Shown in pieces: positions 33,790 through 42,948 of a stretch of 56,281 nt of DNA; the stretch's first letter is position 1, and the number at the start of each line of letters is the position of its first letter. A program made the translations under genes and the position numbers. The stretch comes from a virus (Duplodnaviria; Caudoviricetes): positions 1 to 56,281 of the IMG/VR virus record IMGVR_UViG_3300036804_000195. One strand, written 5' to 3'. The notes below the pieces were generated by a model. The model saw only the letters and a list, made by a program, of their open reading frames with translations, was not told the origin of the DNA and ran no database searches.

Positions 33790-35005
33790 GTATCGGCTTT
33801 ATTCCGGTGAATGCCTCGAAGCGGGCGCAGATGACGTCGGCGAACCGCGGATCCAGCTCCACCATCACCGACCGGGCCCCGAGCTTGTGCGCCGCGATCA
33901 GCGTCGACCCCGACCCGGCGAACAGGTCCAGGACCAGGCCGCCAGGCGGGCACGAATTCTCCAGGCACCGCACGATCAGCTCAACCGGCTTCATCGTCGG
34001 GTGCGCCTCCGACCGGCGCGGCCGCGGGAACTCCAGCACCGACGTCTGCGTGTTGCCGCCGAACCAGCCATCCGCGCCGCGGCCGCGCTTGGACTCCGCT
34101 CCCCCGGTGAACCCGTACTCGAGCTGATCGTGCCGGTAGCCGAACGCGACCGGCTCGTGCCGGTAGTGGAAGTCCGAATGGCCGAGCACGAGCGAGTCCT
34201 TGACCCAGACAAGGCCCTGCCGGTAATCCCAGCCCGCGGCCTTCCACGCGGCCAGGAACGCCGCTGCGCCCGGACCGGCCGGGTGGCACACATACACCGC
34301 GGCGCCCGGCCGGAGCACCGCGGTGGCCGACGTGAACGCCGCGGCGAGCAGCCCGGGCACCTCGGCCTCCGTGTCGCCCTGGATCGACACCCCGGCGGCC
34401 GACTCGTACTCGACGCCATACGGCGGGTCGGTCCACATGCAGTCGGCCAGGTCGCCGCCCATCACCGCCTCGACGGCCGCCAGGTCGCCCGCGTCGCCGA
34501 CCAGGAGCCGGTGATCGCCGAGCAGCCACGTATCGCCGGGCTGGGCCACCGTATCGCCAGGATCGGGCGCGTCCGGCACGCCTTCGTCAGGTTCTCCGCG
34601 AGTTTCCGGCCCGCGTAGCGACTTCAGATCGACCTCAGACCAGCCCGTGGCCACGAAATCGCCGTCCCACGACTCGAGCTGCTCGAGCTGCAGCGCCTCG
34701 TCGTAGCCGCCCAGCTCCGCCAGCCGGTTGTCCGCGGCGTTGACGCGGGAGGCCTCGCCGTCGTCGGTGTAGGCGCCGACCTCGACGCGGACCTCGGTCA
34801 GGCCCTCCTCGCGCATCGCGAGGACCGTGTGGTTGCCCGCGACGATCTGCAGCCGCCCGGCCTCGACCTCGCGGACCAGGATCGACCGGAACTGGCCGAA
34901 CCGGCGAACCGACTCGCGGATCGCCGGGACGTCGCCGAGCCGCGCATTGCCCGGAAACGGGTCCAGGACGCCGATCGGCACCACATCGGTGCGCAGGTAC
35001 TCCAC
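33752..35005 (-). CDS. ParB-like domain fused to an N6A/N4C DNA methyltransferase
   Basis: N-terminal PFPGNAR...IVAGNHT...ADNR; TDPPYGV; HPTMKPVEL; LDLFAGSGST. Confidence 0.9.
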   Translation of the reverse strand: MEYLRTDVVPIGVLDPFPGNARLGDVPAIRESVRRFGQFRSILVREVEAGRLQIVAGNHTVLAMREEGLTEVRVEVGAYTDDGEASRVNAADNRLAELGGYDEALQLEQLESWDGDFVATGWSEVDLKSLRGPETRGEPDEGVPDAPDPGDTVAQPGDTWLLGDHRLLVGDAGDLAAVEAVMGGDLADCMWTDPPYGVEYESAAGVSIQGDTEAEVPGLLAAAFTSATAVLRPGAAVYVCHPAGPGAAAFLAAWKAAGWDYRQGLVWVKDSLVLGHSDFHYRHEPVAFGYRHDQLEYGFTGGAESKRGRGADGWFGGNTQTSVLEFPRPRRSEAHPTMKPVELIVRCLENSCPPGGLVLDLFAGSGSTLIAAHKLGARSVMVELDPRFADVICARFEAFTGIKPIRADKDAGVAVDA

Positions 35006-35006
35006 G

Positions 35007-35444
35007 TCAGACAGCCCGCGCGGCCGGGCACGGCCAGCCGCCGATCGCCGGAGAGCCCGCGGTCAGCCACGAGCTGTATGCCATCCGCGCCGCGACCTGC
35101 TCGTCCTTGGCGAACCGGCGCATCACCGCGAACTCCTCGACCCCGGCGCGCTCGACCAGGTACCGGATCAGCGAATGCTGCCGCCGGTGATGGTTCGGGC
35201 ACAGCACGAGCATCGTCGTCTGGTCCGCCGCGCCGCCGAGCGAGATCGGGAACTCGTGATGCTCGTCGAAGCCGCCCGCGCCGATCATGTGCGACGTGCA
35301 CTCCAGCGACGCCAGCGAGCACGCCGTGCCAGGCGCGTCGATCGCCGGAGCAGCCACCGCGGCCGCACAAGCCGCGCACACCTGGCCAGCCGGGAACTGG
35401 TTCCCGCACGTGGCGCACAGATCACGGTCTGGCGTCATGTCCAT
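35007..35444 (-). CDS. HNH-like endonuclease
   Basis: EHHEFPISLGG...LVLCPNHHRRQH; N-terminal CxxC pairs. Confidence 0.65.
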   Translation of the reverse strand: MDMTPDRDLCATCGNQFPAGQVCAACAAAVAAPAIDAPGTACSLASLECTSHMIGAGGFDEHHEFPISLGGAADQTTMLVLCPNHHRRQHSLIRYLVERAGVEEFAVMRRFAKDEQVAARMAYSSWLTAGSPAIGGWPCPAARAV

Positions 35445-35717
35445 GATCCTTTCTGCGTTCGAATTTCTGCGCGGCCGTTCGAATTTTCATCCCGAGTCAC
35501 AAAACGGGGAGAGAAAAGTGCGTTAAGCCGGCATCACGCGGCCTGGATGTGAAAAAAACGCTTCTTCTTCGGCCATTTCCGCAGGTCAGCGGCTTGATCG
35601 TTTGCGGTCGCGAACGAGCGGCGAGGCGGCGAGGACGACCGGATGGCGCGCCGATCTTGATTCGCGTGATCATTTAGCGATGTGACTGCGCCGATCGCAT
35701 CGACGTTCGAATGACGG
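35445..35717. other. Putative packaging (cos) / physical genome end region
   Basis: AT-richer non-coding gap between the HNH genes upstream of terS; minus strand TTTTTTT...TTTTCTCTCCCC resembles the end regions of HK97-like phages. Confidence 0.4.
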
Positions 35718-36323
35718 TCACCAGCGGGAGGTGCGGGTCGGTACGCGGACGACAGCGCCGCGCTTGCGGAGCATGTTGCCGAGCCGCGCGCCGTGGTGCC
35801 GGTTGCAGTCGGCGTGCTCGAGCCGCTTGTTCTCGGCTCCGTAGGCAGCGCCGCCGAGGACGCGAGGCACGATGTCGCCGAGGTCCAGGCCCTGCCACAG
35901 GTGCATGCCGATGTTGGGCCAGTGCAGGCAGCGGCGACCATACGGGCACGGGTCGCCGTCGACGAACTCGGCCAGCCGGATCTTGCGGGTCCGCTGGTGT
36001 TCGGAGCCGAGCCCGGACAGCGTCGTGATGCCGGGGGTCTTGCGGATGTGGCGCGTTCGACGGCGCCGCTTTGCGTTAGCCACGTTGGCCTTCCTCCGAA
36101 CGGCATCACACTGGCGCGAGCAGTACATCGGCTGCTCGCACACCGCGACCTGAGCATGCCGAGCCGGGATGAACTCGGTGGCGCACACCGGACAGGTAGC
36201 GCACGTGATCTGACGGATGCGCCGGACCTCGTTGCGGCACGGGCGGCAGGTCGGATCCGGGAGCGAACCGCGACCGCAGAGCACCGGGAGGCCACACCTG
36301 CTGCACACGCCGATCCTTGGCAC
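35718..36323 (-). CDS. Zn-finger plus HNH endonuclease (packaging-associated type)
   Basis: Several CxxC motifs; LDLGDIVPRVLGG...RLEHADCNRHHGARLGN...RTSRW. Confidence 0.7.
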   Translation of the reverse strand: MPRIGVCSRCGLPVLCGRGSLPDPTCRPCRNEVRRIRQITCATCPVCATEFIPARHAQVAVCEQPMYCSRQCDAVRRKANVANAKRRRRTRHIRKTPGITTLSGLGSEHQRTRKIRLAEFVDGDPCPYGRRCLHWPNIGMHLWQGLDLGDIVPRVLGGAAYGAENKRLEHADCNRHHGARLGNMLRKRGAVVRVPTRTSRW

Positions 36324-36355
36324 GAGCTGGATGCTAGCTCGGCGTCCCGACGGTC

Positions 36356-36625
36356 TTAGCGGCCATAGCGGAGCTTGCAATACCAGACCAGCGCGGCGGT
36401 GCGCAGCCGGGTGGTCTGCAGGCGCAGCCTGCACGTCCACGGCAGCGGCGTGAGCACGACAGGACGGCCGTCGCGGACAGCGGACTGCCACCGCACCGCG
36501 GCGGCCGCGAAGCCGCACCCGGCCGCATGCTCGACACGGCGCCCAGTGTTGCCGAGCGGCGCGCCAGGCCAGCGGCCGCACGACGGGCAGACACCAGCCG
36601 ACGTGATCGGGCCGAGTTCCATCAC
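36356..36625 (-). CDS. Hypothetical protein
   Basis: GTGA coupling; CPSC...HAAGC. Confidence 0.45.
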   Translation of the reverse strand: MMELGPITSAGVCPSCGRWPGAPLGNTGRRVEHAAGCGFAAAAVRWQSAVRDGRPVVLTPLPWTCRLRLQTTRLRTAALVWYCKLRYGR

Positions 36626-36738
36626 GCGGACCCGCGCGGCCTGATGTGCACCATCGACCCCGCTGGCCGGCCGCACCAGCACAGCACCTGGCCGTTCTCG
36701 TCGACGGCGTGCAAGCCGTTGGGCTGGTAGGCGTGCAT
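36622..36738 (-). CDS. Small Cys/His peptide (38 aa)
   Basis: MHAYQPNG...CWCGRP...VH; coupled on both sides. Confidence 0.45.
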   Translation of the reverse strand: MHAYQPNGLHAVDENGQVLCWCGRPAGSMVHIRPRGSA

Positions 36739-37250
36739 CACGGCCGCCCGCGGACTTCGATGTGCGCGAGCGGGTTAGGGCAGTGGTTCTCCGGGCCCGA
36801 CTCGATAGGGCGCGGCTGGTTGAAGCGCCACGCGGCGTCCTCGGCCGTGCCGATCTCGCGGACAATGTACGGGTCGTTGCCCGGGCCATGCGACGGCGCA
36901 TAGGGCTGCTCGCCGGCGATGGTGAACGCTTCGCACAGCTCGTGCAGGTCGACGTCGCGGCACCGCTCGAGCAGCCACCGCCGCCAGCCACGAGCGTCCC
37001 AGGTTGCGGGCGGCACCGGGAAGTAGTTCATGACGCGGGTCAGCAGCTCCGGGTGCTGCGTGTCCGGCGCGGTGACCAGGATGCACAGCGTCAGCCCGGA
37101 GGACTCGCCGCGGCCGTACTCGGCCGGGTCGCGCACGACATCGGCGAGCGTGACCTTCCAGTCGCGGCCGGGCAGGCTGAACTCGGCGAGCAGGTCGGCG
37201 AGCGGCTGCGGGTACGGCGCGGTCTGGCGCATCTCGCGCATGGCGTCCAT
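36738..37250 (-). CDS. Hypothetical protein
   Basis: 170 aa; FPVPPATW...WRRWL...HELCEAF...PYAPSHGPG. Confidence 0.7.
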   Translation of the reverse strand: MDAMREMRQTAPYPQPLADLLAEFSLPGRDWKVTLADVVRDPAEYGRGESSGLTLCILVTAPDTQHPELLTRVMNYFPVPPATWDARGWRRWLLERCRDVDLHELCEAFTIAGEQPYAPSHGPGNDPYIVREIGTAEDAAWRFNQPRPIESGPENHCPNPLAHIEVRGRP

Positions 37251-37253
37251 CGG

Positions 37254-37370
37254 CTACCGGGCCTTCCGTTTCCAGGCCAGCACGCACGCGAAGGCAAGAC
37301 CGCCGGACACGACGCCGACCACTAGGTCATTGAGCAACTGCGCCCACCACGGCGCCGCGAAGCTGGTCAC
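37254..37370 (-). CDS. Small single-pass membrane peptide
   Basis: VTSFAAPWW...hydrophobic...WKRKAR. Confidence 0.45.
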   Translation of the reverse strand: MTSFAAPWWAQLLNDLVVGVVSGGLAFACVLAWKRKAR

Positions 37371-37374
37371 GTTC

Positions 37375-37542
37375 TTAGAGCTGGCCGGAGCGGCGAGCCC
37401 ACGGCGTGGCGAGGTGAACCGCCAGGCAGAGCAGGCCGATCAGCGCGAACGTGGTCGCGGTCAGGAACACGCCGCGGCCGATCTGCGCGAGCTGCAGGAG
37501 CAGCGCGATGGCGAACGCCACGATGGCAGCGAATCCGAACAT
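37375..37542 (-). CDS. Small two-pass membrane protein
   Basis: GAGGAGG RBS; MFGFAAIVAFAIALLL...LIGLLCLAVHL. Confidence 0.65.
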   Translation of the reverse strand: MFGFAAIVAFAIALLLQLAQIGRGVFLTATTFALIGLLCLAVHLATPWARRSGQL

Positions 37543-37569
37543 GAGGGGTTGCCTCCTCTGGAAGCGGGT

Positions 37570-37608
37570 CGCGGGACCCGGCGGCGGGTCACAACGCCGG
37601 GTCCCGCG
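37570..37608. terminator. Perfect 14-bp hairpin
   Basis: CGCGGGACCCGGCG / CGCCGGGTCCCGCG with an 11-nt loop. Confidence 0.5.
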
Positions 37609-37743
37609 TCATTTCGCCAGGCCCAGCCAGAGCCGCGAAACGTAATGGAGGCATAGGCCTCCAACGCGCACAATAACTCATCCGAAACCCGCTGTGTGCC
37701 CTCGTGTCGGCCGGCGCGCCGGGTGCACGCGGTTACCAGCGGG

Positions 37744-38100
37744 CTAGTCCGGCAGGCCGCCTGTGGCCAGCGTGAGCCGCACGACCTGAGCGCGGAGCTT
37801 GAATACCTCGCCCTGCAGGTCAATGTTGGACTGCTGGAGGTCGGACGCGGACTTGCGGAGCGACGCGATCTCGGCGCGCGTCGACTCGAGCTCGGTGTGC
37901 AGGGTGTTGAGCGCGCCCTCGTAGATCTCCTTCGCGCGCTGGTAGGCGGCCGCGTCGACGGCGACGATCGCCGCGGTGGCCTGGACCTCCTGGGTGCGGG
38001 TCTGCTCGCGGTTGGCCGACCGGGACGACTGGATCGCCCACCACGTCATCGCCGCCGACAGGAGGCCGAGCAGGATCTCGACCACGAGCGAGTTACTCAC
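37744..38100 (-). CDS. Membrane-anchored coiled-coil protein
   Basis: N-terminal TM segment, then heptad-rich AYQRAKEIYE...LRAQV. Confidence 0.65.
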   Translation of the reverse strand: MSNSLVVEILLGLLSAAMTWWAIQSSRSANREQTRTQEVQATAAIVAVDAAAYQRAKEIYEGALNTLHTELESTRAEIASLRKSASDLQQSNIDLQGEVFKLRAQVVRLTLATGGLPD

Positions 38101-38567
38101 TGCAGCTTGCCCAGCCTGCCGAGGTCGCCGAGGTCGGGCAGCGTGGGCCGGATTTCGACGCGGGCATGCTCGGGCCAGGAGCCGACCAGGATGACGGTCA
38201 GCGAGAATGCCAGCCAGACGACCAGCGACACCCATCCGTCCGGCTCGTGCTGAACCAGCCACACGTCGGCGAACAGCGCCGCCCATGACGCCTTGAGCGC
38301 GGCCACGACGCCGAACTGGAGCCAGTCATGCTGGCGGGCTGGCACGCCCGTCAGCGCGACCAGGCCGACGCCAATCCACACCCATCCCCACACCGACTGG
38401 CTGAAGATCAGGTGCGGGCCGTGGTGCAGCGCCGCGACCGCCGTGTCCAGGAGCGCCTTGCCGTACGACACGTCCAGGACCGTCAGGAACAACAGGAACG
38501 CGCCGCGCCGCCCGACCCGGTGAATGACCCGGTGCGCGAACCGGCGCACAGCCTGACAGGCGATCAC
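38097..38567 (-). CDS. Multi-pass membrane protein
   Basis: GRRGAFLLFL...four hydrophobic segments...SWPE. Confidence 0.65.
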   Translation of the reverse strand: MIACQAVRRFAHRVIHRVGRRGAFLLFLTVLDVSYGKALLDTAVAALHHGPHLIFSQSVWGWVWIGVGLVALTGVPARQHDWLQFGVVAALKASWAALFADVWLVQHEPDGWVSLVVWLAFSLTVILVGSWPEHARVEIRPTLPDLGDLGRLGKLQ

Positions 38568-38848
38568 GGCCGGAGACTACCCGCGAGGCGCGCCGTCATG
38601 ACGGCAGAGTATCCGCATCAGCCCGGAATGCCGGAACGGCCCGCCGGGGGGGTCAGCGGACCGTTCCATGTGCAGCAACCTCGCTCGAGGACCGAGCCTA
38701 CCGGCTGCCGCCGTCATCGCGCGTATCCAGCGCGCGGCGCCGCTCCCGCGTCCGCGGCCGCGGAGGCGACCGGTGCGGCTTACGGCCGCGGCCGGTCTTG
38801 CGTTTCGACGCCTGCGGCTTGCGGCCGCGCTTGCCGGCCACGAACGCC

Positions 38849-39439
38849 CTACTCCGACTGCCAGTGCAGGCCGCTGGAGTCGGTCGGCGCGGCCTGCGCC
38901 GAGCACAAGCCACCGGAGTTGTCGCCCGCGCTGTCAGCCGAGCCGTGCGCGACGGTGAGCGGCTGGTCGCCGGGCCCGCCAGCGATGATCGCGCAGGACA
39001 CCGAGCCCGCGCTGGTGAAGTCGACGTTCAGCGAGTAGTACTCGGCTGACCCGTCGAACTTCATCCGGTACACGCGGCGGCCGTCCATCGCCGGGAGCGT
39101 CTTGTCGTGGGTAGCGGTGTTCGAGCCGAAGCTGATGTCGACCTGGCCGAACTCGCTGGCAGGCACGTGACCGGTCACGACGAACTCGACGTACGTGGGC
39201 GACGCCGGAGCAGGAGCAGCCGGAGTAGCCGGAGCGGACGTTGCCGGCGCGGCCGCTGGCGCGGCGGGAGCGGTTGTTCCCGCGGCCGCCGGGTGCTGCG
39301 ACGGCGAGCTGGCCAGCGTGGCGATCACGATGATCAGCACGATCAGCGTGGCGGAGCTGGTCAGGAACCAGCGCAGCAGGTGCCGCTTGCGAGGCGGCGG
39401 AGGCGGAGTCGGCTGGTACGGGCTGGGCGTCTGGTACAT
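38849..39439 (-). CDS. Membrane-anchored extracytoplasmic protein (MmpS-like domain)
   Basis: AAGGAAGG RBS; Pro-rich N-terminus, TM segment, Ala/Pro linker, then VEFVVTG...VSCAI...C. Confidence 0.65.
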   Translation of the reverse strand: MYQTPSPYQPTPPPPPRKRHLLRWFLTSSATLIVLIIVIATLASSPSQHPAAAGTTAPAAPAAAPATSAPATPAAPAPASPTYVEFVVTGHVPASEFGQVDISFGSNTATHDKTLPAMDGRRVYRMKFDGSAEYYSLNVDFTSAGSVSCAIIAGGPGDQPLTVAHGSADSAGDNSGGLCSAQAAPTDSSGLHWQSE

Positions 39440-39558
39440 GATCGGGCCTTCCTTGGACTTCGTGACGGGGATACGAACCGAACTGGTCGTACCGCGCCGC
39501 GCCCGGGATTGTGCCGAGGTCCCCGGGCGCGACGCCGCGCGGTCAGTTACCAGAGCGG

Positions 39559-40713
39559 CTAGGAGCCGCGCGAATACCCCTCGACGTCGACGTCGCCGGC
39601 GTCGGCCTTCCACATCCGGCCGAAGATCGGCAGGTCGTACAGGCCGCGCGGAGCCGGAGTCGGCGACGGCTGCGTGCAGGCTTTCTGGCCGACGTGATCG
39701 GCGACCGGTGCGCCGCACACCGCACAGTCCGCGCCGCCGACGTTCGGGGTTTCCAGCTCGTCCAGGTGCGCAGGCTCGACGATGACCCGGTACGCCGAGC
39801 CGGAGCAGGCGACCAGGAATCCGGCCATGCCGACGCCCAGCTCGCCGCCGGAGTCGACGACCTCGCCGACCACCTCGGCCTCGGCGGCGCCGCGGGCAGC
39901 GAGCCGCGCGGCGCGGTCGACGTGACCGGCGAGCACGCGCGCCAGGTCGAGGTAGGTCAGCGGATCCGGCGCGTCGTCGACGACAGCCGCGCAGACAGCC
40001 GGCGCCTCTTCGACGTCGACCTCGAAGCCGTCCGGCCCGTACAGCACGCCCGCGATCAGCGTGTTGCCGTCAGCGGCGGATTCCCTATCGTCCGGGAGGC
40101 TTGGGCAGCCCGGCTGGTGCGGAACCGGCATGCCAGGCCACGACTGCGCGCCGCACGTAAGGCACGACCGAGGCGGCCGGATCGGCGGGTGCGCGGACGG
40201 GCCGCGGCGGCAGACTGAGCATTCGGTCGAGGGCGCGTAGCCGGAGCGGAGCGTGAACTCGTGGTCGGCGTCGGCCTCGGGGTAGGGCAGGCCGAGTCGG
40301 CTGGCTTCGTAGCCGGCATCGATCGCGTCCGAGTCCGGATGCTCGGGCAGCGGACCGCGGGCGGCGAGGCTGCGCTCGGCGAGCGTGGACCCGAGGGCGT
40401 CGATCGCCGCGGTCTCGTCGTCGAACGCGGAGCACGCGGCGCAGCGGCCGCCCTGGTGCCAGGTCGGCGCCTTGGCTTCCGGCTCGCCGTGGGCGACGTG
40501 CTCGCACACCGGGCGCACCGACAGGAGGTACCAGCGGCCGAAGCCGTCGCGGACGGTGGTGCGGCCGCCGGTGGCGTCCAGGACGGCGACATCGCCGGAC
40601 GCTTCGAGGCCGCCGATCCGCGCCAAGCCGGGCTGGGCGCCGCGCCGGTCGATCGACTCGGCGATGATCTCGGTGATCGATTCGAGGTGCTCGGGCGAGG
40701 TGAGGCTGGGCAT
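39559..40713 (-). CDS. Hypothetical multi-domain protein with several Cys/His motifs
   Basis: 384 aa, TAATG coupling; CAAC, CSVC...H, CLTC...HQPGC, CAVC...H. Confidence 0.65.
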   Translation of the reverse strand: MPSLTSPEHLESITEIIAESIDRRGAQPGLARIGGLEASGDVAVLDATGGRTTVRDGFGRWYLLSVRPVCEHVAHGEPEAKAPTWHQGGRCAACSAFDDETAAIDALGSTLAERSLAARGPLPEHPDSDAIDAGYEASRLGLPYPEADADHEFTLRSGYAPSTECSVCRRGPSAHPPIRPPRSCLTCGAQSWPGMPVPHQPGCPSLPDDRESAADGNTLIAGVLYGPDGFEVDVEEAPAVCAAVVDDAPDPLTYLDLARVLAGHVDRAARLAARGAAEAEVVGEVVDSGGELGVGMAGFLVACSGSAYRVIVEPAHLDELETPNVGGADCAVCGAPVADHVGQKACTQPSPTPAPRGLYDLPIFGRMWKADAGDVDVEGYSRGS

Positions 40714-41558
40714 TAGAGGCTCCGATTCTGGCTGGGCTGGTCGATGGTGAGGCCGAGCACGTCGGCGGCGAGCAGGAGTAGCTGGCCGCGGAGGGCGTCG
40801 CGGCTGATGACCTGCCGCTCGGCGCCGGTGTTGATGAGGGCCAGCTCGCACTGCGCCTCCTGGACCAGCGCGCGGAACTGCGAGCGGAAGCTGTCGTACA
40901 GGACGCCCAGCTCCTCGAGGCCGGCGAACGCCTCGGCCTGCGCGGCGGCGAGGATCTCGTGTGCGCCGCACCGTTTACAGCCGACGTAGGCTCTGGCAGC
41001 CAGCGCCGCGGGAGTCGAGCCCGGGCCAACGCCGAGCGCGAGGTTCAGCGCGTGGTTCCGGCGGGTGACCGAGCAGCCGGCCGAAGTGTGGATCACCTGG
41101 GTCACGGCGGAGATGAACAGCGCCGGGGACGCAAGCAGCGCGACGGCGGCCGCGGCGGAGGCTGCGTACTTGCCGCCCTCGAAGGTCGCGAAGGTCGCGC
41201 CGTCGGTCAGCGTGTGGAACTCGCCGGCCTTGAGGGTGACAGCGACCGGCCAGGCGCCAGCCAGCACCGCAGCGGTGCTCTCGCTGGGAACGCTGAGGAT
41301 GTCGCCGTCGCGGATGGCCTCGTCGCACTGCGAGGCGTCATAGGCGTCGGCGGAGCTGGCGAACACGTGCACGGCCGGAGCGGCCGGGGTTGTTGCGCAG
41401 CAGCAGTCGAAGTCGCCGCGGGGCGCCTCGTCAAGAGCGTGGCACTCGGGGAACTGCGTGGCGTGCACGCGGACCGGGTCGAGGCTGGCGTACAGCAGGC
41501 CTGGCATGGCGTGGTCGGCGAGCAGGTGAGCGGCGGCTGGGGTCTGGCTGGCGTTCAT
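40713..41558 (-). CDS. Hypothetical protein
   Basis: AGGAGGAACC RBS downstream of a repeated promoter motif. Confidence 0.7.
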   Translation of the reverse strand: MNASQTPAAAHLLADHAMPGLLYASLDPVRVHATQFPECHALDEAPRGDFDCCCATTPAAPAVHVFASSADAYDASQCDEAIRDGDILSVPSESTAAVLAGAWPVAVTLKAGEFHTLTDGATFATFEGGKYAASAAAAVALLASPALFISAVTQVIHTSAGCSVTRRNHALNLALGVGPGSTPAALAARAYVGCKRCGAHEILAAAQAEAFAGLEELGVLYDSFRSQFRALVQEAQCELALINTGAERQVISRDALRGQLLLLAADVLGLTIDQPSQNRSL

Positions 41559-41583
41559 GGTTCCTCCTGGGGTCCTCGACACG

Positions 41584-41631
41584 CCTACAGCGTACCACAG
41601 TGTAAGCGTAGCGAGTAATCCGTTTCCGCAG
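41584..41631 (-). promoter_or_regulatory. Conserved leftward promoter/operator motif, copy A
   Basis: CCTACAGCGTACCACAGTGTAAGCG...GTAATCCGTTTCCGCAG; recurs at 43801, 45175 and 48971. Confidence 0.7.
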
Positions 41632-41632
41632 T

Positions 41633-42703
41633 TCAGGGCGCGACCTGAAGGAACGACAGGTGGTAGTCGGCGAAGCTGCCGCCGACCGCGTACGACAGGA
41701 GCACCTGCCCGGCCGGAGCCGGCTGCTCGGGGTGCAGGCTGACCGCATACGACACGTCGCCGGCGCCGACCGGAGCCGGCCAGGTCTTCGCCACCGTCCA
41801 CGGGCCGGTGATCGCCTTGGCGCGCAGCTCTTCGACCGAGTTGGAGCCGTAGGCGTCGCCGCGCTTGGTGAACGCCTGCCACGTGCCCGTCGAGGTGCGG
41901 CGGAGCGCGACAGCGGTGCCGGGCTGGTCAGCCTGCGGGATGACGCCGGCGTGGATCTGCCACTTCGATGGCACCATGAGGTCACCCGGCGGCACGAACG
42001 CGACGTCGCCCTGCTTGACCGAGGCGCCGTCGGATCCGCCGAGCCAGTAGCCGCCGCCGGCCAGGCGCACGGCCGAGGACCACACCTCGACGCCGAGCGC
42101 GCCAGTCTGAGCCGGAGTGTTGACGATGCCCTCGTAGGCCAGCGCCGGGCTGAACTCGACGACAGCCAAGCCGACCACGGTGAAGCTGCCGGACGCGGTC
42201 GCGGCGATGCGGCCGCAGATCACGTACACGTGCGAGGCGCCGGCGATCAGCGCGCCAGCCCACAGCCACGACCCGTCGCTGCCGTTGGGCAGGTACTGGT
42301 ACCCGGAGTAGCCGAACTGGCCGGCCGCGTAGCCGTCCTGGCCGGAGTGCAGCGGCGTCAGGTCCTGGGCGCCGGGCGCGGACTGGACGGCGAGGGTGTC
42401 GTGAGGGTAGCCGAACGGGCAGTTGCCCGGCAGGCAGATGGGCTGCGAGCCGGCCTGCAGCGTGTCGCCGAACACCCAGAGCACGCGGCCGTCGGGCAGG
42501 CGCGCGGAGGCGCCGCCGTCGGCGCGGATAGCGGTGAACTGCGCGTCGAGCTGCGCCGTGGTCTCGGGCGCGAGCGCGGCCGGGCTGGCCGAGCGGGCGG
42601 GCTGGGCGCGGGACGGGGTGGCGTCGGCGCAGCCGGCGGCGAGCACGCCGCCGGTGATGACGGCCAGGGCGAGGACGCGGCGCACCGCGGGGAACGTGTT
42701 CAT
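41633..42703 (-). CDS. Lipoprotein, DUF5005/DUF4185-like beta-propeller
   Basis: Lipobox LAAG-C; ADGGASARLPDGRVLWVFGDT; ITGPW; YAVSLHPE; LLSY. Confidence 0.65.
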   Translation of the reverse strand: MNTFPAVRRVLALAVITGGVLAAGCADATPSRAQPARSASPAALAPETTAQLDAQFTAIRADGGASARLPDGRVLWVFGDTLQAGSQPICLPGNCPFGYPHDTLAVQSAPGAQDLTPLHSGQDGYAAGQFGYSGYQYLPNGSDGSWLWAGALIAGASHVYVICGRIAATASGSFTVVGLAVVEFSPALAYEGIVNTPAQTGALGVEVWSSAVRLAGGGYWLGGSDGASVKQGDVAFVPPGDLMVPSKWQIHAGVIPQADQPGTAVALRRTSTGTWQAFTKRGDAYGSNSVEELRAKAITGPWTVAKTWPAPVGAGDVSYAVSLHPEQPAPAGQVLLSYAVGGSFADYHLSFLQVAP

Positions 42704-42948
42704 TCGGACCACCAGCTACGTCGGCCGTTCTCGGGATGGGGACCAATCTCGGCGACGGTCTGCGCGCCGAGCGGCGGCGGAACCGGGCCGCCGCGAGTGA
42801 CTCGGAGGTGGCGCCAGCCGCCGGCGAACATGCGCTGGACCTCGGCGGCCAGGTCGGACCACGGCGCCGAGCCCATGACGGGCGTGCCGTCCTTGCGGAC
42901 GCCCGAGTAGGAGTAGCTCGGCTGGGTGGCAGCGGCGGCGGCGCTCAT
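42700..42948 (-). CDS. Hypothetical protein
   Basis: ATGA coupling on both sides. Confidence 0.6.
   Translation of the reverse strand: MSAAAAATQPSYSYSGVRKDGTPVMGSAPWSDLAAEVQRMFAGGWRHLRVTRGGPVPPPLGAQTVAEIGPHPENGRRSWWSE

Noticed and set aside
28636-34127. Long plus-strand ORFs (627 aa, 851 aa and others) opposite the head and packaging genes
   Set aside because: These are antisense shadow ORFs typical of high-GC DNA; the minus-strand frames carry the recognisable motifs and RBSs.
37630-37700. Hammerhead ribozyme or tRNA
   Set aside because: CGAAAC is present, but there is no CUGAUGA core on the same strand and no cloverleaf or T-loop. I recognised no tRNA gene anywhere in the window.
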